Assembly (NCBI GenBank): GCA_020137815.1
Contig: CM035353.1
Location: forward strand, 310,001-374,000
DNA from: Hormiphora californensis
Taxonomy: Eukaryota > Animalia > Ctenophora
DNA: 64,000 bases
Direction of reading: 5' to 3'
The notes below the pieces were generated by a model. The model worked only from the letters and a program-made list of their open reading frames with translations, was not told the DNA's origin and ran no database searches. This document shows positions 1-14,198 of the stretch, piece by piece. Made by a program: the position numbers and the translations under genes. Numbering within the stretch: the stretch's first letter is position 1; every line of letters starts with the position of its first letter.

Positions 1-1600
1 GCTCTCAAGTGGTTTACTAGCTATCTTGGATCGAGGAATTTCAGAGTCAACGTCAGAGGAGAACTTCGAAGATTATCTACCTCATTTGTGGAGTACCCCA
101 AGGGTCCCTTCTTGGACCGGTTTTGTTTCTTTATATGTTGAGGAACTACAGGATCTGGTAAACAAATATGGACTCAAAATCAAGCTCTATGCAGATGACT
201 CTCAATATATGTGAGTCTAGTCCCTCTTGATGAAGGTGGATGGAATATCACAAGGAGGAAAGTAGAAGAGTGTCTTGATCAGATCAAGATTTGGATGGTT
301 CAGCATGGTGAAATGTAATGAGTCGAAGACGGAGCTCCTTCTTCTAGGGAAGAGCAGTGCAATTGACAAGCTGGCTTTTGAGCCTGTATTGGTTTGGAGA
401 TGCAGATATCTACCAGTTGACTTCACAGGTACTACCGGAAAGACTCTGGGTATTTATATGGATGAGAACTTGACATTGGAACGTCAGGTGAACAGTGTCA
501 AAAGAAAACTGTGGAATGTTACTGAGGAATTTGTGGCAGGTCCACCGATGCTTAGACTTCTCTACCAGAATCCTTCTTGTTAAGCAGCTGGTTATATCCC
601 GCTTGGATTACTGCAATGTCCTCTACGGAGGTTTGCCAATGAAGCTCATCTCTCGTTTACAGAAAGTGATCAACTCTTGTATAAGGTTTATCTATGGACT
701 CCACGGTCATCAAGAGGACTACCTCTCCTACATGAGAGAAACCCACATTCTTCCTGTGGAGCAAAGAGTGATCTTTAAGGCCTGTCTCATAGCCTATATA
801 AGATTGTACATGGAAGTGCTCCAGATTACCTCATCGAGCAAATACCTACAGATATCGTTGATGTTACTTGCCGTACCAGAGCGACTGCTGTTCCAGACCC
901 TTATAAGCTCCAGTACCGAAGCTGTCGAGCATTAATGCCAATTCTAAACTGAGGAAAAGGAGACCATCTGTTTTCTGCCAGATTGTGGAATGCACTCCCC
1001 CTTGAGTTGCGATCTCGGCCTACTGCGGAATCTTTCAAAACGGGTTTAAAGACAAGACTGTTTGTGGATGCCTTTGGATCAGGCTAGTTCCGGTTGTTTT
1101 CTCCTTTATTCCAGCCTACTTCTTTTCTCGGTACCTGTACTCCTCCCATCACGTGTACTGTCTAGCGTAAGTATTGTACTTAGGTCTGTATCTTCTCGTG
1201 ACAAGTTTTTAACTTAGCTTTATTCTTGAGTTTGCAGCATGAGTGAAGCACGAGTGTGGTAATATTTTTCCGTTTTTCAGTTTCCCAGTTGTTTCAGAAT
1301 CTGTTCTCTGAACATTTCATCTGGGTCTATATATAGGAGTGATCAAGTGACAGTGGTGACATTTAACAGTGGCCTTTTTCGAGTTTTTTAATTTTGTCTG
1401 TTATGAGCCTAATCTGTTTTCCCACATATGTGAGCCGGATAATTTGGATTTTCCACCGTTTTTTAGTAGTCTATTAAATTGGGTCAAGTGTAGTTAACTG
1501 CTTGAGTTTCTTCAGTGGCAGCATCTGTAAAGCTCTGCTGTCCCTGTAGAATATGGGCAGGATATAAGTTTGAGTATTATTATTATATTATTATTATTTG
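1..1600 (+). mobile_element. Degenerate 3' part of an L2/Crack/CR1-group non-LTR retrotransposon (RT C-terminus, 3' UTR, (TAT)n tail), antisense within an ABCC intron
   Basis: Broken ORFs 26-214, 275-583 and 495-935 carry YADDSQ, KTELLL, LVISRLDYCNVLYGGLP, LQKVINSCIRFI and HILPVEQRVIFKA, motifs typical of L2/CR1-group RT. Ends in a tattattat tail at ~1575-1600. Confidence 0.88.
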
Positions 1601-1619
1601 TTTGTTTGTTTGTTAACTC

Positions 1620-4600
1620 ACTTGTCAGCAATAGATACTTCCTATCAGTGAAAGTCCTCTCACTAACATCAGGTCCAGGGGTATCCCCTCCTCGTCAGGC
1701 TCCTCCCCCTTCTCAGCCAGGTTTTTCAGAAACTCCTTGTAGAAGGCTGATGTTTGTTCGTAGGCAACATGATCCCCTGGTAGGAGATCGCACCGTGCTC
1801 CAATTCTACCACCTGTAATTTAGTTGGGTGTGTTAGCTCCAATTCTACCACCTGTAATTTAGTTGGGGGTTTGTTAGCTCTAATTCTACCACCTGTAATT
1901 TAGTTGGGTGTGTTAGCTCAAATTCTACCGACTACCACCTGTGTAGTTGGGTTGTGTGAGTGTTTGGTAGATACAACTTGTTATGTTCTAATCCTCTACA
2001 CTTTCCACGGGCGGAGCGCAGGAAAAAGGGTCGAGCAAGGCAACAACTTGGGTGTAAATACAAATATAAACTTACCAAATCAGCGTCCTGAAGATACTGG
2101 AGATGATGAGTGATAAGTATGACAGTCCGGTCCTTCAAGAACTTTTTGATTCCCTTGTCAAATAACTTTGCCCAACATGGGCGTCCAGGGCAGACAGTGG
2201 ATCATCTAGGATAACCAGCTCAGACTGAGCGTATAGGGCCCGAGCAACGCTCACCCTCTGTCTTGTCCTCCACTCAGGTATTACCTGGTGGTGATCAAGG
2301 GGGGTCATCAAAGGGGGGGGGGTGATAGAAGGGTGTAGGATGAGTGATAGAAGGTGTATTTTTTGATAGTCTGTGTGCGGGGGTGTTATTGTTTTGGAAT
2401 TTAGAAAATTATCATCACTAGATTTAGTACATAATTGATTTATTGGAAACACACAGTTAGTTAATATAATTAATTAATTATGTAATGGGGTCTTACTGCA
2501 CATACCTCGTTCCCCTATCTCAGTCTGATCCCCGGCAGGCAATGTTTTTAAAGTCCAAATCTAGACAACTTGCTTTACATACCTCATTGTATCTTACCAG
2601 ATGGATGGGTTTTTAAGACTTCTCAATACTGTAGTGTTTTCAAAAATGTCAGTGAGACTTAAGAAATACAAGCTGTAGCAAAGACGATAACTAGATGTTA
2701 ACTAGATGATAACTAGATATAACTACATGTTAACCAGATGTTAACAACTAAAATACCTTTTTTCATCCAGAGGCTGTCCAAACACAATATTCTCCTGGAC
2801 TGTAGAGTTGAGGATCCAGGCGGATTGTGCTGCTAACTTATCTTATCAGCACTCACATTCTGAACTATCGTACCCTGCAGTAATACAGTGTATTATTTGG
2901 TAAGTCGGAAAGAACCTGTCCGTATGTATAATTAGTGTATAATTAGTGTATTAGTCTTTTATATTCAGTTCTCTCGTGTAGATGAACGCCATTATAAGCA
3001 AGAAATGCAACTTACATGTACAGAAACCTAAAACAACGTTCCACTTACCGACGAAGGTGCATTTCCCTGAGAAGACAGTTTACAAAAGCCGTCTTCCCTG
3101 ACCCCACCTCCCCAACCACAATAGTCAGTTTGCCCCGAGGTATCGCGAGGTTTATGACTTCAGCGCTATAGCAGCCTCATCAGAGTCACCCCACGCGAAT
3201 GTGGTGTCCTTCAGTTCGTATACGGAGGGGTTCTGAATGGCAGGTACACTGGGAAATAGGTGTGTGTGTGGGTGAAAACACCTAACATTTTATACTGAAA
3301 GGCATGCGGGTCATTATATCTATAATTATTATTAATAGTCTATTTATAATCATAGAAAATGTATATAAATATTAATTTTCACTAACTCGTCTTTCAACGG
3401 GAGGGTAGTTCGGGGCCTTGAGAAACTTAGTAATCCTCTGAGCACATGCCCTACCAGAAACAAAGGACCCGACCGCAAAGGGGATCAAGATAAAGGGGAG
3501 CTTCAAAATATTCAATAGGGAGAGAGTCCTGAAATTATGTTTCCATGGTTACTGGTTGTGATATAAAAAAGGAAACCGTCTAAAAACTGAACATAATATA
3601 TTAATAAATGATAAGGTAGCATCTAAAAACTACACATATAAATATGTGATAAGCCCCCCCACTCCACACTACGTACAAGAGGGCCAGGTTGGTGTCTAGT
3701 TTCGGAGTTATCCCTGTATCCCACCCCGCCCCACCCCCTGGCCCCTACCCAGCCTCCACCCCAACACCCCTACCCAGCCCCAGCCCCACTCCCACTAAGA
3801 CAAGAGTGCCAGATTGGTGTACTAGTTTAGGAGTTATCCCTGTCTCCGGGTCTGGTGTTTACTGACACTGTACACCACAAATATGGAACACGCCATTAGG
3901 GTCGGGATCACATTCGCAAGAAAGATGAAGATTGCTCTGTAAACTTGCTGCTTCGGAGAATTTTCAACTGAAATAATAATTTAGTTCAAATTAGATCTGA
4001 AATAATAATATGATAGTAGACAGAGAGAAAGTCAGAGCTGGGATTGTCTGGGATAAGAGGAGGGGGTGGGGGTAGCAACACAATCCTCTGCTCTGTAATA
4101 TATATAAGAGGGACGTGGAGGGAGGTGGAGGGGGCGGTTATATTAAATACCTCCTCTCTTGCATTCTTGATAAGTCCAACAAAGATTTTTCCCAACTGTA
4201 CATTTTATAACTTTTCATCCCCAGCAACAATCTCATTCATAACTTTCATCCTCCTGTCTTTAGCGAACATAATCTGAAGATGTGTGAGATATGGGATATA
4301 TGAAGAAAGAGTATATATTTGTGTGCCATCCCTTGACCCGTTATTATCAAAGCCCAAGGGGTGTGTGGGGACATCAAGATGTATTCTGAATTAACTGAAA
4401 TAAAGGCTAGGACCATTGACCATTGAGGTGTAAAACTTTAAAGTGTATATATTACATACCTGTCTTTGAAATTCCCCCATTTTCCGAGCTAGGTACCCGT
4501 TAACAGGGAAGGAGAAGAGCAAAATTAGAACTCCAATTATAGCGGGCCACCCAACGTTAATCAGTAGCAATATGATAGACACTATTATCTGCAGATAGGT

Positions 4601-6353
4601 GGGTTATGTGTTTAGTGTAACTAGATGTAACTTATACTGTAGATTTAATAAGAATTTATAACATCATCAAATACAATATAATATATTGAGGCCATTAGAG
4701 TCTATTAGAAGCAATTAGAGTCAACTAGAGTCAATAAGAAGCAATTAAAGAGTCAATTAGAAGGAACTAAAAACCATACCATCATAGGAGCAACAACACA
4801 GAGATTCACAAAGTAGAACATGAAGTGATATTGATGGGTATCAGTGCTCATCACATTCAGTACTTTTCCTGAAATAATTAACAGTTAATTATTGATTCCT
4901 GGAATAATAAACAGTTGTTTAATCCTGCCCTAGCACTTTCTTAGACAGTTGTATGCATTTTGATTGTCAGACTTTTGTTATACATAATTCTCTCTTGGTT
5001 GTACAAATGATATGAACCAAGCGGATGTAATGATCGCAACAAGTTTCGAGGGTCTACCTCTAATTCATCTAACTTCAAATAGTACACCACTCCTCCTTTG
5101 CAATATGAACTTTATTAGTTCCCTTTTATTCAGACTGTTGATGCAATCAGAACGTATTCAGAATATGCTTATCTGAGTCCAACATGACCGGATAATAAAT
5201 AATTCTAGTATAACAACATGAGGCTATTGGTACCAGGCACCGAGAAGATTGTGTACGTGCCCCAAATAACCCAGGACAGGGAGTGGGGAGATAGAGGAAG
5301 GAAGACAAGTCCCGTGGCGGCCACCCCCGGCCCCCACCACCCTAGGCTAGGGCCGCCACTGCAAGTCCCGGGGCGGCTCTTACCTTGCAGGAACCGACCG
5401 AATCAGGGAATACTAGTCCCTGATTGGCTGATAACTAATCACGTGACCTAAATAACGTGTTCTGATTGGCTCTTACCTTGTGTCAGGTCCGGATCGGCGT
5501 TAGCCCAGGGAGCGAGATTCAGTGACTTTTTGAAGATCACATACTGGAGAAGTGCCTTACAGTGAACCGCTCTCCAGAAACAAGAAAACATGGAGTACTG
5601 GTTACTGAAAATAGTAAACATAGGGTTACAAACTGTGTTTAGTTTGGTGTACCAACATAACTCGTGTTTTCCTTGGCCTTGATTATAGTTTGGTGTGAAT
5701 GGTGTGAACTACCTAGTGAAATAGGACGAGCGGTTCAAAGATCTATTAACACTATTTCCGTGGGAATGTGTTGTGTCAAGAGACAACGTGTTGGATGTTG
5801 GTACTACTAAATACTAAATATAATTGCAATAATCATGATAGTAAGACACGCTGTTCTACTCACGCAAGTACACTCTGTGCTGTCCCCGCGATGAGAAGAG
5901 AGAAACACAGAACGTAACCATTTTTCCCAAACTCTGAGACGGAAATAAAGGCATCCGGAGCGGCATCAGGAATAACTTCCCCACTCTTTTTTTGTGTCTG
6001 AAGAAGATTGTGACTAATCAACTGTTATATGCAAACCTACCAGGCTCGGCAGCCCTGATCTTCGTGCGCTCAGACAGAAATAAAGAATCTAACTATGTGG
6101 TCTAAACCACACTTCCAAAATACAGTTGTATTATTTCGTTGTAAACAACACTCACCTGAACAGTATTGATGTAGCTGTTAATTCCCGTCACTGCGTAAGG
6201 ATACACAAAGGAGAATCCGTCTCCAATAATTCGTAGGAATGAGGTAATGTATGTCATCTTAAACAGTCTCAAACATACCTGATACAATGAGGAAGTTTAG
6301 TTCCTCCTAGATACAATTTAGGGTTGGAAATTGTGTATAAAACAGACAAAGTC

Positions 6354-6386
<33 letters not shown>

Positions 6387-6391
6387 AGAGA

Positions 6392-6429
<38 letters not shown>

Positions 6430-8253
6430 AGACAGAGAGAAATAGAGAGAGACAATTAGTTGTCACGGACAGATAGTTGGCACGTACTCACCAGGATAAG
6501 GCTAGGACTTGGTTTCTTCACTTCCTCAACCCACAATTCTTCAAATTGTTCGGACAAACTTTCAGCACTTGTCCACGGTTGGGGTTGTCGATATCACTCA
6601 GATCTAGCGGCTTCTTCCACCTGATTTGTAAAGTTTTGCAATAAGAGACAAGGGAGATGGTGTGTGTGGAACCGAACTCACTGAACTCAATTTTAACAGT
6701 TTCTTCTACCTAGTAGAGTCGATAAAATGTAACAAGAACTATCTAACAATTTGGAGAGGTCGATGACATCGACTCGATACAGTTTACTAACCCTTTGATA
6801 AGGAGGTTTTGCAGCCATGAGAATGTGAGTCTAGAGGGTAGGGCGGCTGTCCAATGGTTGTTACAGGTATCTCGTTCAGCAAAAATCATCCGTCATTGGA
6901 CCTCTCGAGGAGAAGTGATATGAATAGAGCGGTTGCCATGGGCTTGAACCCGTATGGGGTCTGGGGACCCTATGCACGGGGGCCAATCACTTTGTGATAC
7001 TAGCACCGCCGTGAGTGAGGGAGATGAGGGGAGCGCGACTTATGTGTGAAAACATATTCAGATTTCAAGAATATGTTATAACTTACGATAATATTTAGGG
7101 CACCACACAAGAGAAGGATACAATAGAAAATAGATCGCCCAACAGAGATGAGTATCCTCACATCCATAGCAGTAAAACTCTGCATCTCATCGTTCCTTAT
7201 TAACCACTGCAGAGTGGTAGATATTAGGTAGAATTGCATGGTTACTATGGAAACTAGTTACCATGGCAACCACAACATGGTTACCATGGTAACAATTAAA
7301 ACACATACCACTGCCTCCATGATGCTGCCGAAGAGAGAATGGCAAGTAGAAAATACAGAGACATAGAAGGGGTGTCCGCCTGGCTGTCCTCTCACCCCCT
7401 TGCATTACAAAACACCTGTGGCTAGGGCACCAGGACCTGGACAAGATGCGGTTGAATGCTGCCAATTAGTTCTGTTTGCTGGGGAAACAATCTATATAAG
7501 GATATAAGTTAAACCACAAAGGATTATAGTTTTACCCAATGGTATAATACATACCTGGTAAACAGAGTTAAGGACAACAAACACCTTTGCCCGTAGAGGT
7601 TAGTGCCAGGCGAGATCTCTAATGCAACCGCCAACCCGTTCAGCATCTTGCCGCATATTGGGAGGTTGTGAGCGCAATGTATAGAATGGTTACTAGGAAA
7701 CGTGTATGTATATGGAAACCACAACCGCCAACCCGTTGGCATTATTGCTGCATATGGGATGGTTTTGATGAGCCTTGTGCCAAGGTATAGAACCTGGTTA
7801 CTATGAAAACGTGTTATCATGGCCCACAACGCCAACCAGTTCCGCATTATTGCTGCAAGATTGGAGGTGTGGCAATCCTGACAAAGTGCAAATTGTTGTG
7901 ATGTTGCTTAACAAAATTGTCATGAAACCACCGTCCACCGTCCTCAAAGCAAAACAACACTGTACCCATCATGCACAAAATCAAACTTGTTAACGGCTAT
8001 ACGTAATTGGCAATAATTGGACTTGGTTACTGGTTATAACCAGTAACCAAGTTCAATTATATAATTACAGGACTAGTGTAATTATATACGGCTAACTTTT
8101 AACTTACCAAAATCTGACAAGGTGCTTCTTAGCAGTAGATGTGAAGTAAAGGGGATAAATTGCAACAAGACAATCACGGTTCACCTATCGTTTGATGAAC
8201 TGGGGCACACACAGTCCATCAGTGGTGGCCCAGTCCTCGCAATAATTGTCCAT
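1620..8253 (-). CDS. Multi-exon ABCC-family (SUR/MRP-like) ABC transporter, N-terminal half (TMD0-L0-TMD1-NBD1); continues off the left edge; many apparent frameshifts
   Basis: Minus-strand exons encode Walker A GEVGSGKT (~3085-3115), [20 protein letters not shown] (~2760-2835), [13 protein letters not shown] (~2505-2545), the signature region [10 protein letters not shown] and Walker B/D-loop [15 protein letters not shown] (~2170-2280), and H-loop [12 protein letters not shown] (~2060-2130). TM exons include 4460-4588 ([21 protein letters not shown]) and 6157-6277. GT-AG boundaries are visible; the 5' end is approximate. Confidence 0.88.
1795..1950 (-). repeat. ~40-bp tandem repeat (~4 copies) spanning an ABCC splice acceptor and exon start
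   Basis: Plus-strand unit gctccaattctaccacctgtaatttagttgggtgtgtta; on the minus strand it reads ...actaaattacag|GTGGTAGAATTGGAGC. Confidence 0.85.
5388..5469. mobile_element. Right-truncated copy of a ~109-bp CAGGAACCGACCGA MITE
   Basis: Matches 28556-28664. Flanked by direct repeat ggctcttaccttg (5375-5387 and 5468-5480). Confidence 0.8.
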
Positions 8254-8494
8254 GATGATGCCTCTCTTGGGGTTTTAGTGGAGGTTGATGATGCCTCTCT
8301 TGGGGTATTAGTGGAGGTTGATGCTTCTCGCGGAGTATTAGGTAGGAACACCTCTTGGAGCTGTAGTAGTAGTGGAGGTTGGAAACCTCTTGGAGCTGTA
8401 GTAGTAGTGGAGGGTGGAACACCTCTTCTCCCACTGCTGGTAACCTAACACACATAGAGGTTGTACGGTTAGGGGGGGGGGTGTAGTAGTGGTA

Positions 8495-8570
8495 TAGTAC
8501 TCGGACCCCGATTTACCGGGCAAAACCCTTTCCACCGAGACATTGATACGGTAAATCGGGGTCCGGAGCT
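8495..8570. mobile_element. Short Tc1/mariner-type MITE remnant (cggaccccgatttac...gtaaatcggggtccg)
   Basis: Inverted repeat cggaccccgatttacc / ggtaaatcggggtccg. A related end, taaatcggggtccgactgta, lies at ~51129-51148. Confidence 0.55.
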
Positions 8571-11169
8571 TCATGGTGGTACCTTCAAACAGTACAGTCA
8601 ATCATGCAAATCACAGCCGCGTTATACAGCTGTAGATATTAGGTAGCAAGGTATATAGATAGCAAGTGTCTGATGAGAAAAGCGCAATAAAGTGTTGTCA
8701 GGAAATGGAGGAAGGATCACGCAAGATCTTCAAAGGGATAATAGTAAAATCACAGTCTAGAGGTTATGTGTATAGATACATAGATATATTATGTAGTCAT
8801 TAGTAAGTATTACTCATGACGATGCATGCCCCGCGCGAGTCAAAGGTGCAGTAAAATCGAAGAGGGGTAAGAATAAAAAACGCATGTTAGAAATGTGGCT
8901 ATATTGGAATTTCAATGGCCTCTCAAACATGTAACCACAGCGATTTATATGCTATATGGACAATGATCAACTACGGAGAGAGATATGAAAGCAGTAATGA
9001 TCAACTAAGGAGAGAGAATATGAAAAGCAGGGTAATGAGGAAGTATATCGAGCAACATTACATACCCATCGCAGCTGCAGCCCCTATAGAGAGCTCCATA
9101 TAATGCCCATATAAGTCCCCATTATAATAATGGATGTATTAGTGCAAACCTGATACCGCAAATATAATATATTTGTTAAGTAGGTACTACCAGTGGCAGC
9201 TGCAGTCCCGAGCTATTTCAGGGGAACTTAATAGATCGCAATTGAATATTTAAATATATTGGACCAATGAAATGATTACAGTTCCTGCAGAAACTATCGA
9301 ATTAACATACGAATATTATATTCCGAATCATGTTGCAGTGAATGAGGGATGCTTGAGAATCTCCAAAAGTAATCCCACACACACACACACACAGGTGATA
9401 CTATTGAGCCCCCACCTCCCTACATAGTTGAATTAAAAATGTTCACCTTAATCTTAAAATGAGTGTCTACCTTAATCAAAATGATGAATGATGACTTGTA
9501 GTTAGTTACGATTATACGGGGCATACAGTTACGTGTCAACACAGGATGGGAGGATAGGAAAGTCGTACCATGTAAATTACCAAGAAATGTATATAACCTG
9601 CAGCCTGTATGCACATTATAAGCAGTATAATGTCATAAGCTGGCACAGTGGAAGAGTGAGATGATAAGGCAAAGAGGAGATACTGTGCATGCAATCTTAG
9701 ACATTCCGTGTACCTGTACTGCTTTGACTGGCAGTACAAGAGCCCACGTACCGCACCTGTATGAGAGAGAATTGAGAGATGGAGAAAGAGAGAGAATTGA
9801 GAAATAAAGAGAGGGAGAGAGAATTGAGAGATGGAGAAGCGATAGAAAGGGAATATAAGCACACACCTAAAGAGAGAAAATATTCATCATATTGCATGAT
9901 CTGACAAAGTAACATAAAGATCGACTGATTACTGATCTTCATAAATGGAAGAAACACGTAGACAACACTTGCAAACAATCTAGTTGGGGGCCGTCATGAT
10001 GAAATCACGTTTTATTTGTGACCCATGAGTGAGGTAACATACGCCTATATAAACAAACATATCCATTATGGTATGTGATGACTATCATATGTGTGTTGGG
10101 TATAGTGGAGAATTAGTTTTCACAATGTATTAATGTCTCAAACGTAAATCCGACGGAAAATTAGGCTATGAATTCAGGTCATAAATGAAGGCCAAACACG
10201 CACTCTACCTATGAGTCATATTATAGCACAGAATAACTTCAACGCTCTCCAGTGGAGAGTCTCCACCAGAAGCGAGAATATGAGACACAAAACGAGCAAC
10301 GTGGTTGGACACACACACACACACATTACACCATATAAAAAAGAGAAAGTTAGAGGAAACAGTGAGGTATAAGGGCTGTTAGATTAGAACTAGTAAAGAA
10401 AACCTCCCCTTCTAAGCGAGGGAAAAAGTGGAAACTGACACCGGGGTGTCATGTGAAAGTGCCATGTGAGTTGTCTTTAAACAACATGAGTGCTGTCCAA
10501 AAGGACATATCGGTTATCAGCTGTGCTGTGTCAAACCTCGATATTACCGGACCGGCTTTAGGACTGTAACTCACCTGCGACAAGTTAACTCGAAAGTGAG
10601 TTATTGTCCAAAATTGGTGTTACAGCAGTCGAATTTTTTTTCTCGGTGACCTGTCTTATCCGCATTTATTTTTCGACTTTTTGCTAGGAACAAAGTCGAT
10701 TTATTATTTGCTAGGACAAAATCTAGAAATTTTAAACTCACTAGGTGAGTATGCGGACACTAACTCGAATTGTGTTTCGAGTTGGCGGACAGAAACTCAA
10801 TTGATTAATAATAAAACTACGAAAAAATGTCGGAAAATTTGGTGACATTTCATTTTCCAGGGCAGGTGAGTTTCTGTCGGCAAAGAAAATAGGTTTACAA
10901 ACAGAAATTTTTTGAGTTTTGTTGTGCTGTAGCTATCATTATTAAAAGTGAAACAAGTTGGGTGGTTTGACACATAAATTTAAACTTGTAAAAACCCAAC
11001 TCACAGCCGTGGAGAATCTCCATGCATCGCGAGCAGGAAAGAGCGCGATTCGCGACCGAAAGTAAAGAGAGAGGGAGATAGAGCGCGCGCATCTCTATTC
11101 TTTCGCTCTTCTCTCAACTAAAGATCTCTATCTCTCTATCTCTCTCTCTCTCTCTTCGCGCGATCTCTC

Positions 11170-13063
11170 CTTCACCACACAACACACAAACATACATGTG
11201 TGCTCTTAGATTTCTACTCATTTCGTTAGTTATAATATCTCGTAAAGAGAGATCTCTTATCCATGTGTGTATGTTTCTGTCTGTGCATGCAATTCTACAA
11301 AATACAGCAATTCCTGGTGTCTCGTAATATGCCACTCTGCACGCTGCACGTGTCCATTAATAAACATATTATTTTCAATGATAATTGGCAATTACGTTCA
11401 CCAACTTTAGCGATGGTTATTTCATATAATGTACTTGAATCGTTCGAAGTCAGTTACCATTTGGGCGGTGATGTTCCACGGCAATTTTTTAATTACGGAT
11501 TAAATCAATGTGATCTGTATTGGTAGGGGATTACCAGTAATCTTGCGTAATCGCGGAGTGCGACCACAAAGATTCCATGGCAGATGCAGAGGAAGGAAGA
11601 AAGATAGATAGATAGGTAGATATAGATAGAGAGAGAGCGCGGCGAGAGACAGATAAATACAGAGAGAGAAATATAGAGACAGGGCTAGTGAGTCAAAGAA
11701 AGATTCTCCAATTATATCACTCTAATAGATCACTTCCATAGTATAGAGAGAGTATGCTACAGCAATCTTTATATAATAATCTCTATTATACACTGCACAC
11801 TTGTGAACCGGTCTGCTTCATGGAGCATGTTGTATATCTCACAAGTCAATATACCATTATACCACTGTCCACTATATACTAGTTTCCTGCCGTCAGGTAG
11901 GTACGTGTGCCGCCCTCTATACAATATAGTTAGTATAATTAGTAAGTACTCTGTAAGTACTACTTACTCAACATCTCTCTATGAAACAGAATATAAGGGA
12001 AATCTACCCCAGTGAGAGGTGACTATTTTATAGTGTGCTGATCTATATAGTGATTTCTAGTATTTTGACCCAGTATCATTATTAATAGACTTGGAGTATA
12101 GAGATTGGTTCTATTATACTATACACTCTACTAGCTAGTTTGACAGTTTGTTACATATTTTCTTATATATAATGGGCTATTTTTCATCATTCTCCAATTC
12201 TAGATCAAAGGCAGATTCCAACCTTTCTTTAGAACATGTTTCTGATCTTTGATCATTCTGGTTTCCGGATTAAACTAGAATAAATCAGATCTGGCCTGTA
12301 ATTTCAACTAGAATAGACCAAATGTTGTTGCTCCCTCCTGTTTATAATTGTTTTCCCCTACTAGTAGGAAATTCCATGCGACCATGCACGTACAATTATA
12401 TGCAAAATGTCCTCCGACTAGCTCGTACAAGACAAGTCAGCTATTATTATATGTCTCTATATGAATGTATTTAGCTCTGTAGATGCCATAGAATAATTCG
12501 TAGCAATTGTAAGATTCAAATATAAAATTAGAAATTAGATCGATTTCTTTTGACAGCTAAAGAATCAGCAGCGATTTGTTGTGTTGGTCTGAATAATTCT
12601 ATAACTTGTTTATGTTGAACTTCATTTACTGCCAATTATCTGAATCATAGTGTATAACTAAATTGCTCTGTTTAATTTTGTCAATAGAAATTTTTAGGGT
12701 TACAATTATACAATTGATGATCATGATCAAGTCGCTCAAATGAAGAATGGATTTCAGAGAACTTCATAGAATTGTTTCTCGTAATATTCTTATTGTCTCG
12801 ATAGTAAACAACTAGCTAATATATAATTTATAACCTTACATATATAGCCCTATATATAAGCTGTGTAGCTCCCTGCTCCAATCTCATTTAATACACAGTT
12901 TATTTGAATTGAGAGTTGCAGGGGGTCCCAATTGCATGTGTCTGTGTAGTCTCAGGAAATACATGTGTGCTCACCTGCAGTACCTACGGTGTCTTCATAA
13001 TAAGTCACTGATCCCAGCTGTGTGTGATGCTAATGATCAGATTCTCCTGCTTCATCGCTCCCC

Positions 13064-13156
<93 letters not shown>

Positions 13157-14198
13157 TCTCCCTCTCTCTCTATCTTAGAAATCATGCTAATTCTCATTTT
13201 TGTCTCTCCTTTGACCCATGTGTCATCCGCATGTGTGTGTACTCTGTGTTCCCTGTTTTACTCAGCATCTGCTGCAGGGTGGTGCATTCTGTAATTGCTC
13301 ATTTTCCCTCTATCCGTCTCTATCTCTCTTTCTTTCTCTCACTCTCTCTTTCTTTCATTTTCTTTCTCTCATGAATATCTGAGCATATTTTTACTCTCAC
13401 AACCACACAACAGCTTGCTCCATGTAATATGCCGATTGCTCCGATCCCCTGATTCATCCTTCCGTGTTTACATGATCTAGCTCTCTTTGTTTCAACCTTT
13501 GTCGCTATCTCCTCCGCCCCCTCCTATTTTTCATTTCTCTCCCTTTTTCATCAATTTCGGGTTTATTTTCATTCTACTTTCAGATTTCTTTTTCTCTCCC
13601 CGACCTCTCTAATCTCAACTCATATTTATATGCGGTTATATCGTAACTTCTCTGCACACAGTCTCATCTAGCGGGCGTTAATCCTTAAATTATTCATATT
13701 TTATTCAACTAAATTAATATGACTTGGAAAAGCAAAAGAATCCGGAATCATTTTAGTTTTGCTCTTGCAGCTGCTCTCCCCCTGCTGCTCTTGCCGGAAC
13801 GTGTATACAACTTCATTATATACAAGCTGTGTAAATCGTTGAGAGCTCCACTTAGGCGTGTTCCCTCCGTTACACGTGCTGGTATATGTCAGTTTTCTGC
13901 TCTCTCTATCTCTATCTTTCTCTCTCTCTCTATCTCTCTCTCTTTCCCGTTCACCCCCTCTATCTCTCCACCTCGTTGCCTCTTTTTGCTCTGGTTCATT
14001 TTCCCACATTCTTATACTGCTCTGACCCCCCCCCCCTTTTTGTTGGTCGACATTTTCTCCCTAGTTTTATTTTCACTGCGACTGCCTTCTTCTCAAATTA
14101 TATTTTCATACATGTCTCTAGTAATCCAAGTGTCTATATCTACCAGGAACCGACCGAATCAGGAAATACTGGTCCCTGATTGGCTGATAACCAGTCAC
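11170..14198 (+). repeat. Segmental duplication copy X1 (near-identical to 24482-28610, lacking the 1.13-kb insertion)
   Basis: Line-by-line identity with 24482-28610; identical ORF translations (e.g. 11263-11526 = 24575-24838). Ends inside a truncated CAGGAACC MITE (14144-14198). Confidence 0.95.

Noticed and set aside
9633-9760. Possible small terminal exon (CGTWALVLPV...LFHCASL*) on the minus strand
   Set aside because: An acceptor-like site exists, but I cannot link it to upstream exons or a protein family; it may be UTR or chance.
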